A stretch of 63,552 nucleotides of DNA, the filler included, from Candidatus Hydrogenedentota bacterium (GTDB taxonomy: Bacteria > JBFMHD01), in NCBI GenBank assembly GCA_040752395.1. It is 7 parts of 7 records of this genome, joined end to end, with 100 filler letters (N's around TTAATTAATTAA, not from the genome) between each part and the next. Parts side by side here need not be neighbours in the genome. Positions count along the whole stretch, not along the records: positions 28,434 to 35,349 come from JBFMHD010000148.1; positions 35,450 to 42,346 come from JBFMHD010000149.1; 5 more parts are not named here. One strand, written 5' to 3'. This document shows, one piece after another, positions 28,480 through 38,872 of the stretch. The stretch's first letter is position 1. Every line of letters begins with the position of its first letter. The position numbers were made by a program, and so were the translations under genes. Below the pieces are notes generated by a model, which did not search any database, was not told the origin of the DNA, and worked only from the letters and a program-made list of their open reading frames with translations.

Positions 28480-29208
28480 TCTATAGTTAAGCACTTTTCT
28501 ATTGAATAAATAGAAAGACCTCCGTATAATATTGATTATAATTTAATAATCTTACTATACGGAGGAATCTACAATGCTTAATACACAGCAAAGTATACAG
28601 CCACCCGCAAGTTTTGACAAGATAATCTTTCAATTTCAGAAAATATTTACAAAGCCCTCGTTTAAGTATTTCAAATACATAATTTTGAGTTTGATTCTAT
28701 GTCCTTATAAAAAAACAATAACAACAGCTATTAAACTTGCAAAGGCAACTACCTGCTTTTGGAACTTTCATAAATTTCTTAATCAATATGTATGGAGTAT
28801 TTATGAACTGGCTTTTGTGTTAATCGAAGTCATTATAAAAACATTGAATATAAAAGAACCACTAATCATTGAAGATGTGTTAACCCGAATATCAGGTCGC
28901 TGGAGTTTAGAGAATGCATTTCGTGATATGAAACAACATTTGGGTCTTGGTGATTATCAGTGTCGCGTAAAAAAAGCTGTTGAAAGGTTTGTTAATTTAG
29001 TTGGTACAACATTGAGTCTGCTTACTTTATGGAGTCATCAGGAATATGGTAAAAATAGCCCTGAATTATGGGATGCTGTATCAAAAAATTAATTTTTGAT
29101 ACTTTGTGTATGTTCCCCACAAACAATAAAAAAATATTAGACATAAATAACTCTCTTAAATTCACTTTTTTATGAATTTTTATCTTGTATTTTCTGCTTA
29201 ACTATAGA
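28480..29208 (+). mobile_element. Internally deleted IS (IS701-like) with intact 14-bp TIRs
   Basis: TCTATAGTTAAGCA 28480-28493 / TGCTTAACTATAGA 29195-29208; ORF 28574-29092 fuses a transposase N-terminus to RWSLENAFRDMKQHLGLGDYQCR. Confidence 0.8.
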
Positions 29209-29340
29209 AGGGTCTAATCTCTCGATATTAACCTTAAAAACCAGTCTGAATTGGTCATTCAAATAATCCTTTACTTTATCCATCATTTTTTCAGCTCTCT
29301 TTTAAGAGTATCATTTCCCGTAATTCAACATATCATTTTT

Positions 29341-29738
29341 TCAAAAAGTGGATTTAAAAGAGCTCTCTTTTTTCATTATTGATAATAACTTTTGAGCAAT
29401 AAGCTCAGCAAGAACAAAGTTCGCCTCTTTTTTAATATGAACATGATCAATAAACCAGTCTGGATGATTATCCATAACAGGCGAGAAATCTATAAACATT
29501 ATGTTATTCCCCATGCAGACAGACGGCAGTTCTCTCATTATCCTCGCCTGTATAAGAAATTTTGCTTCAAGTGAGTTTAAACACCTATTCTTCGAGAGTT
29601 TTTCTTCTATGACTTCCCTTTATACCATTTTACCCCCCCATATCAGGCCTTCGCCGAGATGAAAAGTCCTGAAACATAATTCAACAATGCAGCCCAAAAA
29701 CACAATGAGAAAAATGGGCATTAAAAAAAAGTCCACAT
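29341..29738 (-). pseudogene. Fragments of a membrane-anchored SGNH/GDSL-like protein
   Basis: N-terminal TM fragment and C-terminal FID...WFIDHVH (DxxH) in separate short frames. Confidence 0.45.
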
Positions 29739-29855
29739 AGACCTCTCTGTTAATACATTCTTTTCAGAATAATTCACAGATAAACTCGGTCTGTCCTGAT
29801 TTTACAAGGAGAATGAAAAAAAAGAATACGTGATTTTTCTTACATTACAAAGAGT

Positions 29856-30809
29856 CTAATGGATTCTGTTATCAAAAACAACGTTTTTATACCAATGAGT
29901 AAAAAGTGAAGATAAGTAATTCTTTTTAGGATATTCATAGTAAAGAAACTCTTTTGTGGGAATGATTATCTCGTTAAGATATTTAAGTTTATTAATAAGA
30001 CCGCGAATAAAAAAAAGTGATAGTGGGTATCTATTTTTGATTACAGGTGGAGTTAAAAAAAGATGTAATAATAATTTGAACTTAAATCTATTACTACAGC
30101 TAAGATTAAGTCCCCAGTAATTTTTTATAAAATAAAGATTAAAATCTATCACCTCTCTGACAAAATTATTTTCTACAGAGGGTATGGGTAATTGCTGCGA
30201 AAGATAATATAAATCAAGATGCTCCTTGACAGAGGTGAAACAATGGTGAAATAGATTATGAGATGGTAGATACTGTAGATAAAATGTTTTATCAGCTATT
30301 TTAAATCCTGAGATTTCTACTAAATGATGATTTATTATAGTATCAAAGTATTGTGAGAACTGTTTACGTGAAGGGACGCGAGTATAGTTTATAAAAGAGG
30401 GATGCAGGTCTATAGTAATGAAATCTCTGCTAAAGGTTTCGGGATATCTCGGTTTTGTTTTGTAACCAAGCTGTAAAAGAATTTTTTGCCACTTATCATA
30501 ATCCCTGGCAGTATAGATATCTATATCAGAGGTCTCTCTTAATAAATCGTTATATAAAAGAAGTGATAAAAGGGGCCCCTTTATCGGTATAAACAGGAGA
30601 TTATTATTTATAGCGATATCTTTTAATTTATTTAATTCAGAGATTAACAGAAGATTAAAAGCAGTAATCCTTTTCTCTATCTTGTTTAAATCATCTGATA
30701 ATTGAATATTTTTTGATTTTAATCTGCGTATAAGATACCCGATACAGGGTAAATCATTTATATTTGTATCAATAATTTTGTCTTCAAACAGAAATCTCAG
30801 TTCTTTCAT
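29856..30809 (-). CDS. Nucleotidyltransferase family protein (NTP_transf_5-like)
   Basis: PIKGPLL...Y...RETSDIDI, IDLH. Confidence 0.8.
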   Translation of the reverse strand: MKELRFLFEDKIIDTNINDLPCIGYLIRRLKSKNIQLSDDLNKIEKRITAFNLLLISELNKLKDIAINNNLLFIPIKGPLLSLLLYNDLLRETSDIDIYTARDYDKWQKILLQLGYKTKPRYPETFSRDFITIDLHPSFINYTRVPSRKQFSQYFDTIINHHLVEISGFKIADKTFYLQYLPSHNLFHHCFTSVKEHLDLYYLSQQLPIPSVENNFVREVIDFNLYFIKNYWGLNLSCSNRFKFKLLLHLFLTPPVIKNRYPLSLFFIRGLINKLKYLNEIIIPTKEFLYYEYPKKNYLSSLFTHWYKNVVFDNRIH

Positions 30810-31200
30810 AAAGCATCAACCATCGCCGATCTTACCTGGTATGTCCGATTCAGGTTCATAGTAAATTTGATTTATCATAGTTGAGCATATAATAATGAAG
30901 AGTGTTGTAAAGAGTCAATGAGAAACTCCTTTAAAATTGCAAGAGTTAATAGACAGGCGACATTCTACGAATGTCGAATTGAAAATTGAAAATTGTAAAA
31001 TGAATGAAAAAATTACGTAGTAAGAGTTTTTAAAGCCGTAGACTGTGTTATGAACTTTTTCTTCACTTTTAACTTTTTAATTTTTCATAGAAGATTAGGA
31101 GGCACAGAGGCACAAATACAATTTGATTATTCAATATTAAATCCGAGCTAAATAAACTCTTGATAAAAGTTTAGGAATATGTATATTTTTATCAGGGAAA

Positions 31201-32004
31201 ATGATTTTTTATATCGACGATTTAAAAATTGAGATTAATTCAATATATCCTCTTGATTATCTTTATTCTGTAAAGGGGGATGTTAAAAAAAAAATTAGAA
31301 TTGATATAAAAAGAAGAGATTATCTGCCGCCTGTTTCGGGTAAAAAGATCGGAGAAACTAATAGAGGAGAATATTATTGTAACGGCGATAAGTTATTCTG
31401 GACATATTTTGATGAATTTTTATTTGAGGTTGAGAAAAATAAAAAAAGAAGTAAATTTTATTTAAGAGTTGATCGGGGTGAATATCATTTCAGGACTTTT
31501 ATCTTGCCATATATTTTAAATCAGGTATTAGCTTTATTTAATAAATTTATTATTCATTCTTCCTGTATTTATAATGCAGGCTTCATACAACCTGCTTTGA
31601 TTTGTTTTGTAGGTAGACCAGGCGCTGGTAAATCCACTTTAGCTGAAGAATTACAAACTATCGGGTGGCTAAAATTTGCTGATGATAAAATAGTATTAAG
31701 TAATAATAATAAAGTTTTATCTATTTTTGAAAATAATAAAACCAATAAATTAGAATTGAATAAATTCAAAAATTTTATTATTTTCCCTCAAAAAGGGAAA
31801 AAAGAGAGGATTACTGAAATTACAAAATCAGAAGCAGCTGAGAAACTTGGTCTTTCTTGTTTGTTTCCTAATTACATAAGCGTAATGAAACAGGGTTTTG
31901 AGAGTATAAACAGAATTATCGAGCAAGCATCTGTTTTTAAACTTGAGTTTATAGATAAAAAGATATTTAATGTAGGGAAGATATTAAAATTGGTTACAAG
32001 ATAA
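31201..32004 (+). CDS. HPr-kinase-related P-loop protein
   Basis: IIHSSCI, FVGRPGAGKSTL, FADD. Confidence 0.75.
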   Translation: MIFYIDDLKIEINSIYPLDYLYSVKGDVKKKIRIDIKRRDYLPPVSGKKIGETNRGEYYCNGDKLFWTYFDEFLFEVEKNKKRSKFYLRVDRGEYHFRTFILPYILNQVLALFNKFIIHSSCIYNAGFIQPALICFVGRPGAGKSTLAEELQTIGWLKFADDKIVLSNNNKVLSIFENNKTNKLELNKFKNFIIFPQKGKKERITEITKSEAAEKLGLSCLFPNYISVMKQGFESINRIIEQASVFKLEFIDKKIFNVGKILKLVTR

Positions 32005-32007
32005 ATT

Positions 32008-32790
32008 ATGGTTTTTAAAGAGAATGATTATGTTTTATTAATCTTAAAATCCGATAAAGAAAAACGCTTCTTTATCAGGTTACAGAAAGATAAAGAGTTG
32101 CACACTCATAAAGGTTTTATAAAACATAATGATATTATAGGAAAAGAAAACGCATTACCTATAATCTCGAGTCTGGGTAAAGAATTTGTTGTTTTATCTC
32201 CGCGGGTTGATGATTTAATAATGAAATCAGAACGAAAAACACAGATAGTTTACCCCAAAGATATAGGTGTGATATTATTACGCGGTGATGTAAGAAAAGA
32301 AAGAACAATTATCGAGGCAGGGACAGGTTCAGGGGTTCTTACAGGAATTATGGCGATGGTTGTCGGAGAGAGTGGTAAAATAAAATCTTTTGAGTGGCGG
32401 AATGAATTTTATGAAACAAGTATAAAAAATATTAAAAGGTTTGGAGATTTTATAAGTAAAGGGATTGTTGAAATAATTATAAGAGACGTATATAAAGAGG
32501 GTTTTTCCCCACATAAAGGGGATTCCTTGATACTTGATTTACCCGAGCCGTGGGAATGTTTCAAATATTTGAAAGATGTTTTAGAGAAAGGGGGTAGTTT
32601 TGTATCTCTGTTGCCAACCGTAACCCAGGTGGCAACACTATTAGAATATATGAAGGATAAATTTATTGATATCACAGTTGAAGAGATACTATCAAGAAAA
32701 TGGAAGACAGAAGTAAAAACATTAAGACCCTATGACAGAATGGTAGCGCATACCGCGTTTATAATATCCGGTAGATTTGTTGGATATTAA
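32008..32790 (+). CDS. trmI: tRNA (adenine-N1)-methyltransferase
   Basis: RKTQIVYPKD, EAGTGSG, LDLPEPW, LRP..RMVAHTAF. Confidence 0.92.
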   Translation: MVFKENDYVLLILKSDKEKRFFIRLQKDKELHTHKGFIKHNDIIGKENALPIISSLGKEFVVLSPRVDDLIMKSERKTQIVYPKDIGVILLRGDVRKERTIIEAGTGSGVLTGIMAMVVGESGKIKSFEWRNEFYETSIKNIKRFGDFISKGIVEIIIRDVYKEGFSPHKGDSLILDLPEPWECFKYLKDVLEKGGSFVSLLPTVTQVATLLEYMKDKFIDITVEEILSRKWKTEVKTLRPYDRMVAHTAFIISGRFVGY

Positions 32791-32799
32791 CAAAACCTG

Positions 32800-33002
32800 C
32801 AAAGGCATAAAGATTGAAAGATTGAAAGATTCAAAGATTAAAAAATTAAAAATTAGAAAACAGGAGACAGGAGACAGGAGGAGAAAGCATAAAGTATGAA
32901 AAACTAAAGATGATATGTTGGCTTCGGGCTCCAGCCGGCTGTAGTCCGTAGCCTGTAGCCTGTACCCCGAATTATTAGAGTTACAATGTTTTTCAGAGGA
33001 GA
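32800..33002 (+). repeat. Modular intergenic repeat copy providing the RBS of the Rsb phosphatase gene
   Basis: (AAAGATTN)n, (CAGGAGA)n, GGCTCCAGCCGGCTGTAGTCCGTAGCC..ATTATTAGAGTTACAATGTTTTTCAGAGGAG, then ATG 33006. Confidence 0.92.
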
Positions 33003-33005
33003 GAT

Positions 33006-35240
33006 ATGGAAGAATATAATTTTAAGATAGAGACAGAGGCTTTATTTGAGAGTGTTTTGCATATAAGAACGATATTAGACAGTGTTTTAAAAACACGTAA
33101 GGTCAAGGATGAGATAAATACTAATATCAAGTTAGCATTTACTGAAGCTGCAAATAATATAATCCAGCATTCATATAAGGGTGAAAAGGGATACTTAGGT
33201 TTTGAACTTAATATAGCCCAGGATGGAGAATTGAAAATAATTTTAACTGATAGAGGTATTCCTTTAGATAAGAAAGAACTTTTACCCCGTGATATCGATG
33301 AATATAGTGAAACAGGGAGGGGACTTAAACTTATTTATGCGCTTGTAGATAAGGTAGATTTTATAAGAGAGTATGATGTCAATAAATTTATCCTGCAAAA
33401 AAGATTGATAAGCGAAGATGCGAGTTTCAAACATTCTTTTGAGAGAGCTGATATAGAGATACTTGATTTTTTTAATGTTATCAGGTTCATCGACAATGAG
33501 GAAGAGATGTTTTCAGAATTTTTTGAACGACTTGAAAATAAAATTAAAGCAGATGTATTTTTTATTTCTGACAATAAAAAATGTGTTATCCACACGCATA
33601 TAAATAAAAATCTTTCTATGGAGCAGATCGGGTATTTAAAAAGTCATGTCTTTAACAGCGAGGAAATAAATAAAAATATTTTTATGCTGACAAAGAAGTC
33701 TAAATATTTACTCAGGTACCGGTATCCCTCTATCGGGATTAATGATCAAATATCTTTAACATTTAATACAGGTAAAATTATACTTCTAAAGTTATACGTA
33801 GAAGAAAAAAGCGTGACCGAGCATAGGATAAATGTTGAGGAACTGGATTTTTTTAAAAAAATTGGTATAGAAATGAAAAAGGGAATGGTAGATTTCGATT
33901 TAGAAACAAAAGACAAAAAATTAAATTTTTTTGAATACGAAAGAGAGTATATTAATAAACTCATCCCGTTTGTAGAAACTATACTAAAAATATCGAATCT
34001 GCAAGCAGAGATTGTTGATTATCATTATGAACTAACCTCGAAACTCGATATATTCAAAGAGCTTGCCGATGCTTTTCATTATTTCAAAAATTTGGAGCAG
34101 GTCCTTGTAAAGATTCTTGAGATTGGCCAGAGAATATTCAATGCTGAGGTGGGATACATCGTCGCTGATTCGGAAACCGAAAAAAAGAGTGTAATAATGG
34201 GGCTTGATTTATCAATCCTCTCTATGCTGAAAACCAAAAATGCAAAATCTCTGAAAAATATATTGGAACAAAGCGAGATACCAATTTTTTTAAAGAAAAC
34301 CAATCTTTTAAATCCAGAGTTTTTTAACTTAAATAATCTGGTCTGTTCAAATATCTATTCGAGAAAAAATAAGGTGGCAGAGATAGTGATAGGAAATTCA
34401 AATGAGGAATTATTAGATAATGATTTGTCGAGATTATCTTTTGAGATATATCTATATTTTACCGGAACCATAATAGATAATTCACTTCTATATATAGAGT
34501 CGCTTAATAAAGAAAAGATCGAAAAAGAATTGGAGATAGCTAAAGAAATTCAAAAACAATTATTGCCGCATCGGTTCCCTGAAATCCAAACCATAGAAAT
34601 GGAATGCCTGGCAGAAGCAGCAAAAAATGTAGGCGGAGACTATTTTGATATTATTTTAGGGAGAGGCGATAAACTGGGACTTATTATAGCTGATGTTTCT
34701 GGGAAAGGTGTTGGTCCAGCTATTATTATGGCAAATCTTCGAGGATATTTTAGAGGATTTTTTAATACCTTTAAGTCTGTAAAAAACCTCGTCTCACATA
34801 TCAATAATATATTATGTGATGAAATAACAGATGATAGATTTGTAACTATGGCTTGCGTAATGACTGATATAAAAACAGGAGAGCTTGAGATAGTTGTTGC
34901 AGGTCATTTACCGGTATTTCTAATAAGAAATAATGGTGATATAGAGGAGTTTGAAGCAACTTCTTTGCCCGTCGGTATATTAAAAGATGAGAAATTCGTT
35001 GTTCAAAAGAGCAAAATAAATAAAAATGAAAGTATAGTGTTATATACAGATGGTATTATTGAATGCTATTCATTAGAAAAAAAAGAATTTGGTATAGATA
35101 ATTTTAAAAAATTGTTATCTTGTTACCGGAATGATTCACCGAGTAACGTGATAAAAAAAATTAAAGCACGTCTTGATGAGTTTTCACAGGGTCAATCCCT
35201 TCACGATGACAGAACTCTGCTTGTAATAACAAGAAGATAA
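33006..35240 (+). CDS. Anti-sigma-factor kinase (RsbW-like) fused to SpoIIE/PP2C phosphatase (RsbU-like)
   Basis: EAANNIIQHSY..DRG..GRGL at the N-terminus; VGGDYFD, IADVSGKG, LYTDG, DDRTL at the C-terminus. Confidence 0.9.
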   Translation: MEEYNFKIETEALFESVLHIRTILDSVLKTRKVKDEINTNIKLAFTEAANNIIQHSYKGEKGYLGFELNIAQDGELKIILTDRGIPLDKKELLPRDIDEYSETGRGLKLIYALVDKVDFIREYDVNKFILQKRLISEDASFKHSFERADIEILDFFNVIRFIDNEEEMFSEFFERLENKIKADVFFISDNKKCVIHTHINKNLSMEQIGYLKSHVFNSEEINKNIFMLTKKSKYLLRYRYPSIGINDQISLTFNTGKIILLKLYVEEKSVTEHRINVEELDFFKKIGIEMKKGMVDFDLETKDKKLNFFEYEREYINKLIPFVETILKISNLQAEIVDYHYELTSKLDIFKELADAFHYFKNLEQVLVKILEIGQRIFNAEVGYIVADSETEKKSVIMGLDLSILSMLKTKNAKSLKNILEQSEIPIFLKKTNLLNPEFFNLNNLVCSNIYSRKNKVAEIVIGNSNEELLDNDLSRLSFEIYLYFTGTIIDNSLLYIESLNKEKIEKELEIAKEIQKQLLPHRFPEIQTIEMECLAEAAKNVGGDYFDIILGRGDKLGLIIADVSGKGVGPAIIMANLRGYFRGFFNTFKSVKNLVSHINNILCDEITDDRFVTMACVMTDIKTGELEIVVAGHLPVFLIRNNGDIEEFEATSLPVGILKDEKFVVQKSKINKNESIVLYTDGIIECYSLEKKEFGIDNFKKLLSCYRNDSPSNVIKKIKARLDEFSQGQSLHDDRTLLVITRR

Positions 35241-35349
35241 GTATCTACCACGTTATAGGTAAATAAGAAGTGAAAAAGAAGAAGTGAGAAATGAGAAATA
35301 AAGGATAAGAGAAAATACCTTGACTACATTAAAGACAGGTGATAGTTAT

Positions 35350-35449
35350 NNNNNNNNNNNNNNNNNNNNNNNNNNNNNNNNNNNNNNNNNNNNTTAATTA
35401 ATTAANNNNNNNNNNNNNNNNNNNNNNNNNNNNNNNNNNNNNNNNNNNN
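35350..35449. other. Artificial contig linker
   Basis: N run + TTAATTAATTAA. Confidence 0.99.
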
Positions 35450-35738
35450 CCGGTTAGGGGTCGGGAGTCGTGAGGCGCAAGTCGTGAGTCAAAACAGGTC
35501 TCGAGACTCAAGACTCAAGACTTTTCAGCAGGCTTTTGGCTTTTGGCTCCAGCCGGCTGTAGTCCGTAGCCTGTAGCCTGTCCTGATACTTCTCACTTCC
35601 CACTTCTTACTTCTTACTTTTTTCGTTATCTTGCATCTTGCATCTTGCTTCTTTCGTTATCTTTTTTTTCCGTTATCTTGCTTCTTGCCTCTTGCTTCTA
35701 CTTGATATTATTAGAGTTACAGCGTTTTTCAGAGGAGG
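35450..35738 (+). repeat. Longest modular intergenic repeat copy; provides the icd RBS
   Basis: GTCGTGAGTCAAAACAGG, (GACTCAA)n, CTTTTCA, GGCTCCAGCCGGCTG, (GTAGCCT)n, (CTTCTTA)n, (TCTTGCN)n, ATTATTAGAGTTACAGCGTTTTTCAGAGGAGG. Confidence 0.92.
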
Positions 35739-35748
35739 TCTACAAACT

Positions 35749-36999
35749 ATGAAATATAAAAAAATTGTTATACCTGATAGAGGCGAAAAAATTAAAGTAA
35801 AAAAGGACTTGTCGCTTGAGGTACCTGATGAACCTATTATCCCGTTTATTGAGGGTGATGGTACAGGACCTGATATCTGGGCAGCTTCTAAAAATGTGAT
35901 TGATAGCGCTGTGGCAAAAGCTTACCAGGGTAAAAGAAGAATCAGCTGGTGTGAGATCTACGCAGGCGAGAAAGCTAATAAAGTATATGAAAAAGAGATA
36001 TGGTTGCCGCACGAAACACTATTAGCTATAAAGGAATTTATCGTTGCGATTAAAGGACCTTTAACAACGCCAGTTGGTGGCGGAATTAGAAGCATTAATG
36101 TTGCACTACGACAGAAACTCGATCTGTATGCCTGTGTCAGACCTGTTAGATGGTTTGCTGGTGTCCCATCACCTGTTAAAGAACCACAAAAACTCAATGT
36201 TATTATCTTCAGAGAAACCACTGAAGATGTATATGCTGGCATTGAGTGGCAAGAAGGTACAAAAGAAGCTAAAAAATTTATCGATTTTATGAAAAAAGGG
36301 TTAAAAGTAAAAATAAGAAAAGATTCAGGAATAGGTGTGAAACCTATAAGCAGGTTCTGTACCCAGAGAATAGTTCGACGGGCCATAAGATATGCTATCG
36401 CTAATAACAAAAAGTCTGTTACTCTTGTCCATAAAGGTAATATAATGAAATTTACTGAAGGCGCATTCAGAGACTGGGGTTATGAACTCGCTAAAAAAGA
36501 ATTTAAAGATGTAGTTATAACAGAACAAGAACTGAATGAAAAATATCAGGGTAAATTACCTGATAGAAAAGTTTTAATCAAAGACCGTATCGCTGATTCT
36601 ATGTTTCAGCAGGTTTTACTCAGACCCGATGAATACGAGGTCATCTGTTTACCTAATCTTAATGGCGATTATTTATCAGACGCCTGTGCTGCGCAGGTTG
36701 GTGGTCTTGGATTAGCACCTGGTGCTAATATCGGTGATTATGCTGCGTTATTTGAAGCTACTCACGGAACCGCACCTAAATATGCAGGTCAGGATAAAGT
36801 TAATCCAGGAAGCTTACTACTCTCAGGTGTCATGATGCTTGAACATCTTGGCTGGAATGAGGCCGCTAATCTGATTATTAAGGGTTTAGAACAAACCATC
36901 AATAATAAAACTGTAACATACGACCTTGAAAGACAGATGCCAGGTTCTAAACTTTTAAAATGTTCACAATTCGCACAGGCTATCGTTGATAATATGTAA
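35749..36999 (+). CDS. icd: Isocitrate dehydrogenase (NADP)
   Basis: [58 protein letters not shown]; likely start 35749, with the upstream extension being repeat DNA. Confidence 0.97.
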   Translation: MKYKKIVIPDRGEKIKVKKDLSLEVPDEPIIPFIEGDGTGPDIWAASKNVIDSAVAKAYQGKRRISWCEIYAGEKANKVYEKEIWLPHETLLAIKEFIVAIKGPLTTPVGGGIRSINVALRQKLDLYACVRPVRWFAGVPSPVKEPQKLNVIIFRETTEDVYAGIEWQEGTKEAKKFIDFMKKGLKVKIRKDSGIGVKPISRFCTQRIVRRAIRYAIANNKKSVTLVHKGNIMKFTEGAFRDWGYELAKKEFKDVVITEQELNEKYQGKLPDRKVLIKDRIADSMFQQVLLRPDEYEVICLPNLNGDYLSDACAAQVGGLGLAPGANIGDYAALFEATHGTAPKYAGQDKVNPGSLLLSGVMMLEHLGWNEAANLIIKGLEQTINNKTVTYDLERQMPGSKLLKCSQFAQAIVDNM

Positions 37000-37029
37000 G
37001 GCACTGCCTTATCCGGGAGCAGATTGATA

Positions 37030-37437
37030 ATGGATGATTTACTCGCAACCAGAGTCTCTGAGATAATGGTCAGCAATGTGATCAGTATTAAAAAGAATGA
37101 GAAGATTGTAGATGTTGCATCTTTGATGATTAAACATCACATCAATGCTTTACCTGTTCTTGATGATGAAAACAAATTACGCGGTATCGTATCTACCTAT
37201 GATTTACTTCTAATACTTGCAGTTAGAACTTTTAATCGAAATATGAGTATCGAATCTGTTTTTCAGACCGCGGGTAAACCTTTATCAATCTACGAAGACC
37301 AGACATTAGCTGATGTAATTACTTTACTGCTTAAACAACATATAAAAACTATTCCGGTTATAAATCGAGACGGACAACTAACAGGTGTAATAAGTGTAAG
37401 CACCATACTTGAATACATAATGAAGAAGTCAAGGTAA
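37030..37437 (+). CDS. CBS-domain pair protein
   Basis: LPVLDDENKLRGIVS and IPVINRDGQLTGVIS. Confidence 0.85.
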   Translation: MDDLLATRVSEIMVSNVISIKKNEKIVDVASLMIKHHINALPVLDDENKLRGIVSTYDLLLILAVRTFNRNMSIESVFQTAGKPLSIYEDQTLADVITLLLKQHIKTIPVINRDGQLTGVISVSTILEYIMKKSR

Positions 37438-37534
37438 CTGAGCAGTCGGGGTTGCGGGCTATAAACTTATTTATCTAAAGTGAAATCGCAAAAAATAATT
37501 GACTATTTAATAAATAAAAATTATAATGATAGTT

Positions 37535-37718
37535 GTGAATGATAAGATTAAATACTGGGTTGAGCTTTCTGAATACGATTTCGAAACGGCAAAAAATGCT
37601 GGAAACAGGAAGATATCTCTATGTTGGTTTTATGTGTCATCAAACGGTTGAGAAAATCCTGAAAGCATACTGGCAATCAAGGTTTTTAGGAGAAAAGCCT
37701 GAAATCTTTATAAAATGA
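37535..37718 (+). pseudogene. Frameshifted, truncated HEPN gene
   Basis: MNDKIKYWVELSEYDFETAK / MLETGRYLYVGFMCHQTVEKILKAYW in two frames; ends in an ATGA overlap with sucC; TTGACT-17-TATAAT upstream. Confidence 0.8.
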
Positions 37719-38872
37719 AATTACAAGAGTTTCAATCTAAAAAGATATTTAAGGAACATAACATACCAGTCCCTGATGGTATAGCTGCGGGCAATGTAAA
37801 GACCGCTATCTGTAATTTAAAAAAGTTTAAAAAATATCCTTTAGTGATCAAAGCGCAGGTCTTAGCAGGTGGTAGAGGCAAAGCTGGTGGCATTAAGATC
37901 GCTAAAAATAAAAAAGAAGCAGAAAAATATATTAAAAGTATTTTAGGTATGAATCTTATCACGCATCAGACATCGGCTCAAGGAATCAAGGTAAGAAAGA
38001 TATTAATCGAAGAGTGTGCTGATCTATTAAAAGAATATTATTTCGGGATGCTTATAGACAGAAGTAAAAAAGACATCTGTATTATAGTAAGTTCTGCAGG
38101 CGGTATGGAGATAGAAGAAATAGCAAAAGAAAAACCAGAAGAAATTATAAAGATTAATATTGACCCGAATATAGGACTCAGGGCTTTCCATATCTTTGAC
38201 TTAATTAAAAGCCTGAAACTAACTAAAGAGACACAACAGGGGTTTGCTAATATAATAAAAAGACTTTATAACCTGTTTATAGCTATTGATGCTTCGCTTG
38301 TAGAGATTAATCCATTTGGGTTATTGAAAGATAACACCTGGCTTGCGATTGATGCTAAAATATTACTCGATGATAATTCGTTATTTAGACACCCAAACTT
38401 AGAAAAATTAAGAGATGTTTACGAAGAAGACGAACTTGAAAGATTAGCAAGAATAAAGAAGGTAAATTACGTCCGACTTGATGGTAATATAGGCTGTATG
38501 GTAAATGGTGCAGGGCTCGCTATGTGTACTATGGATCTAATAAAACATTATGGTGCTTCGCCTGCTAATTTCCTTGACATCGGCGGCGGCGCTAAAGCTG
38601 AACAGGTGACTGAAGCTTTGAAAATTATTGTAAAAGACCCGAAAGTTAAAGGGATACTTATAAATATTTTTGGTGGTATTGTCAGATGTGATGAGGTAGC
38701 TAAAGGGTTTGTTGAAGCATTGAAAACTCTTAAATTGGACCTACCTGTGGTTATTCGACTAACAGGCACTAATCAGGATATAGGTATAAATATCTTAAAA
38801 GAACAAAAAATCGCGGTCTTCTCTGAAATGGATGACGCATTAAAAGAAATTGTTAAAAAGGTCAAATTATGA
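37715..38872 (+). CDS. sucC: Succinyl-CoA synthetase beta subunit
   Basis: [47 protein letters not shown]. Confidence 0.96.
   Translation: MKLQEFQSKKIFKEHNIPVPDGIAAGNVKTAICNLKKFKKYPLVIKAQVLAGGRGKAGGIKIAKNKKEAEKYIKSILGMNLITHQTSAQGIKVRKILIEECADLLKEYYFGMLIDRSKKDICIIVSSAGGMEIEEIAKEKPEEIIKINIDPNIGLRAFHIFDLIKSLKLTKETQQGFANIIKRLYNLFIAIDASLVEINPFGLLKDNTWLAIDAKILLDDNSLFRHPNLEKLRDVYEEDELERLARIKKVNYVRLDGNIGCMVNGAGLAMCTMDLIKHYGASPANFLDIGGGAKAEQVTEALKIIVKDPKVKGILINIFGGIVRCDEVAKGFVEALKTLKLDLPVVIRLTGTNQDIGINILKEQKIAVFSEMDDALKEIVKKVKL

Noticed and set aside
30816-30878. 20-aa ORF as a lasso/RiPP precursor for the kinase-nucleotidyltransferase pair
   Set aside because: Too short, no leader motif; IYYEPESDI looks more like a DUF2283-type stub
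35638-35748. N-terminal extensions of icd (also ribBA from 50547 and cobT from 25257)
   Set aside because: They translate repeat or intergenic DNA; RBS position and homology favour the downstream starts
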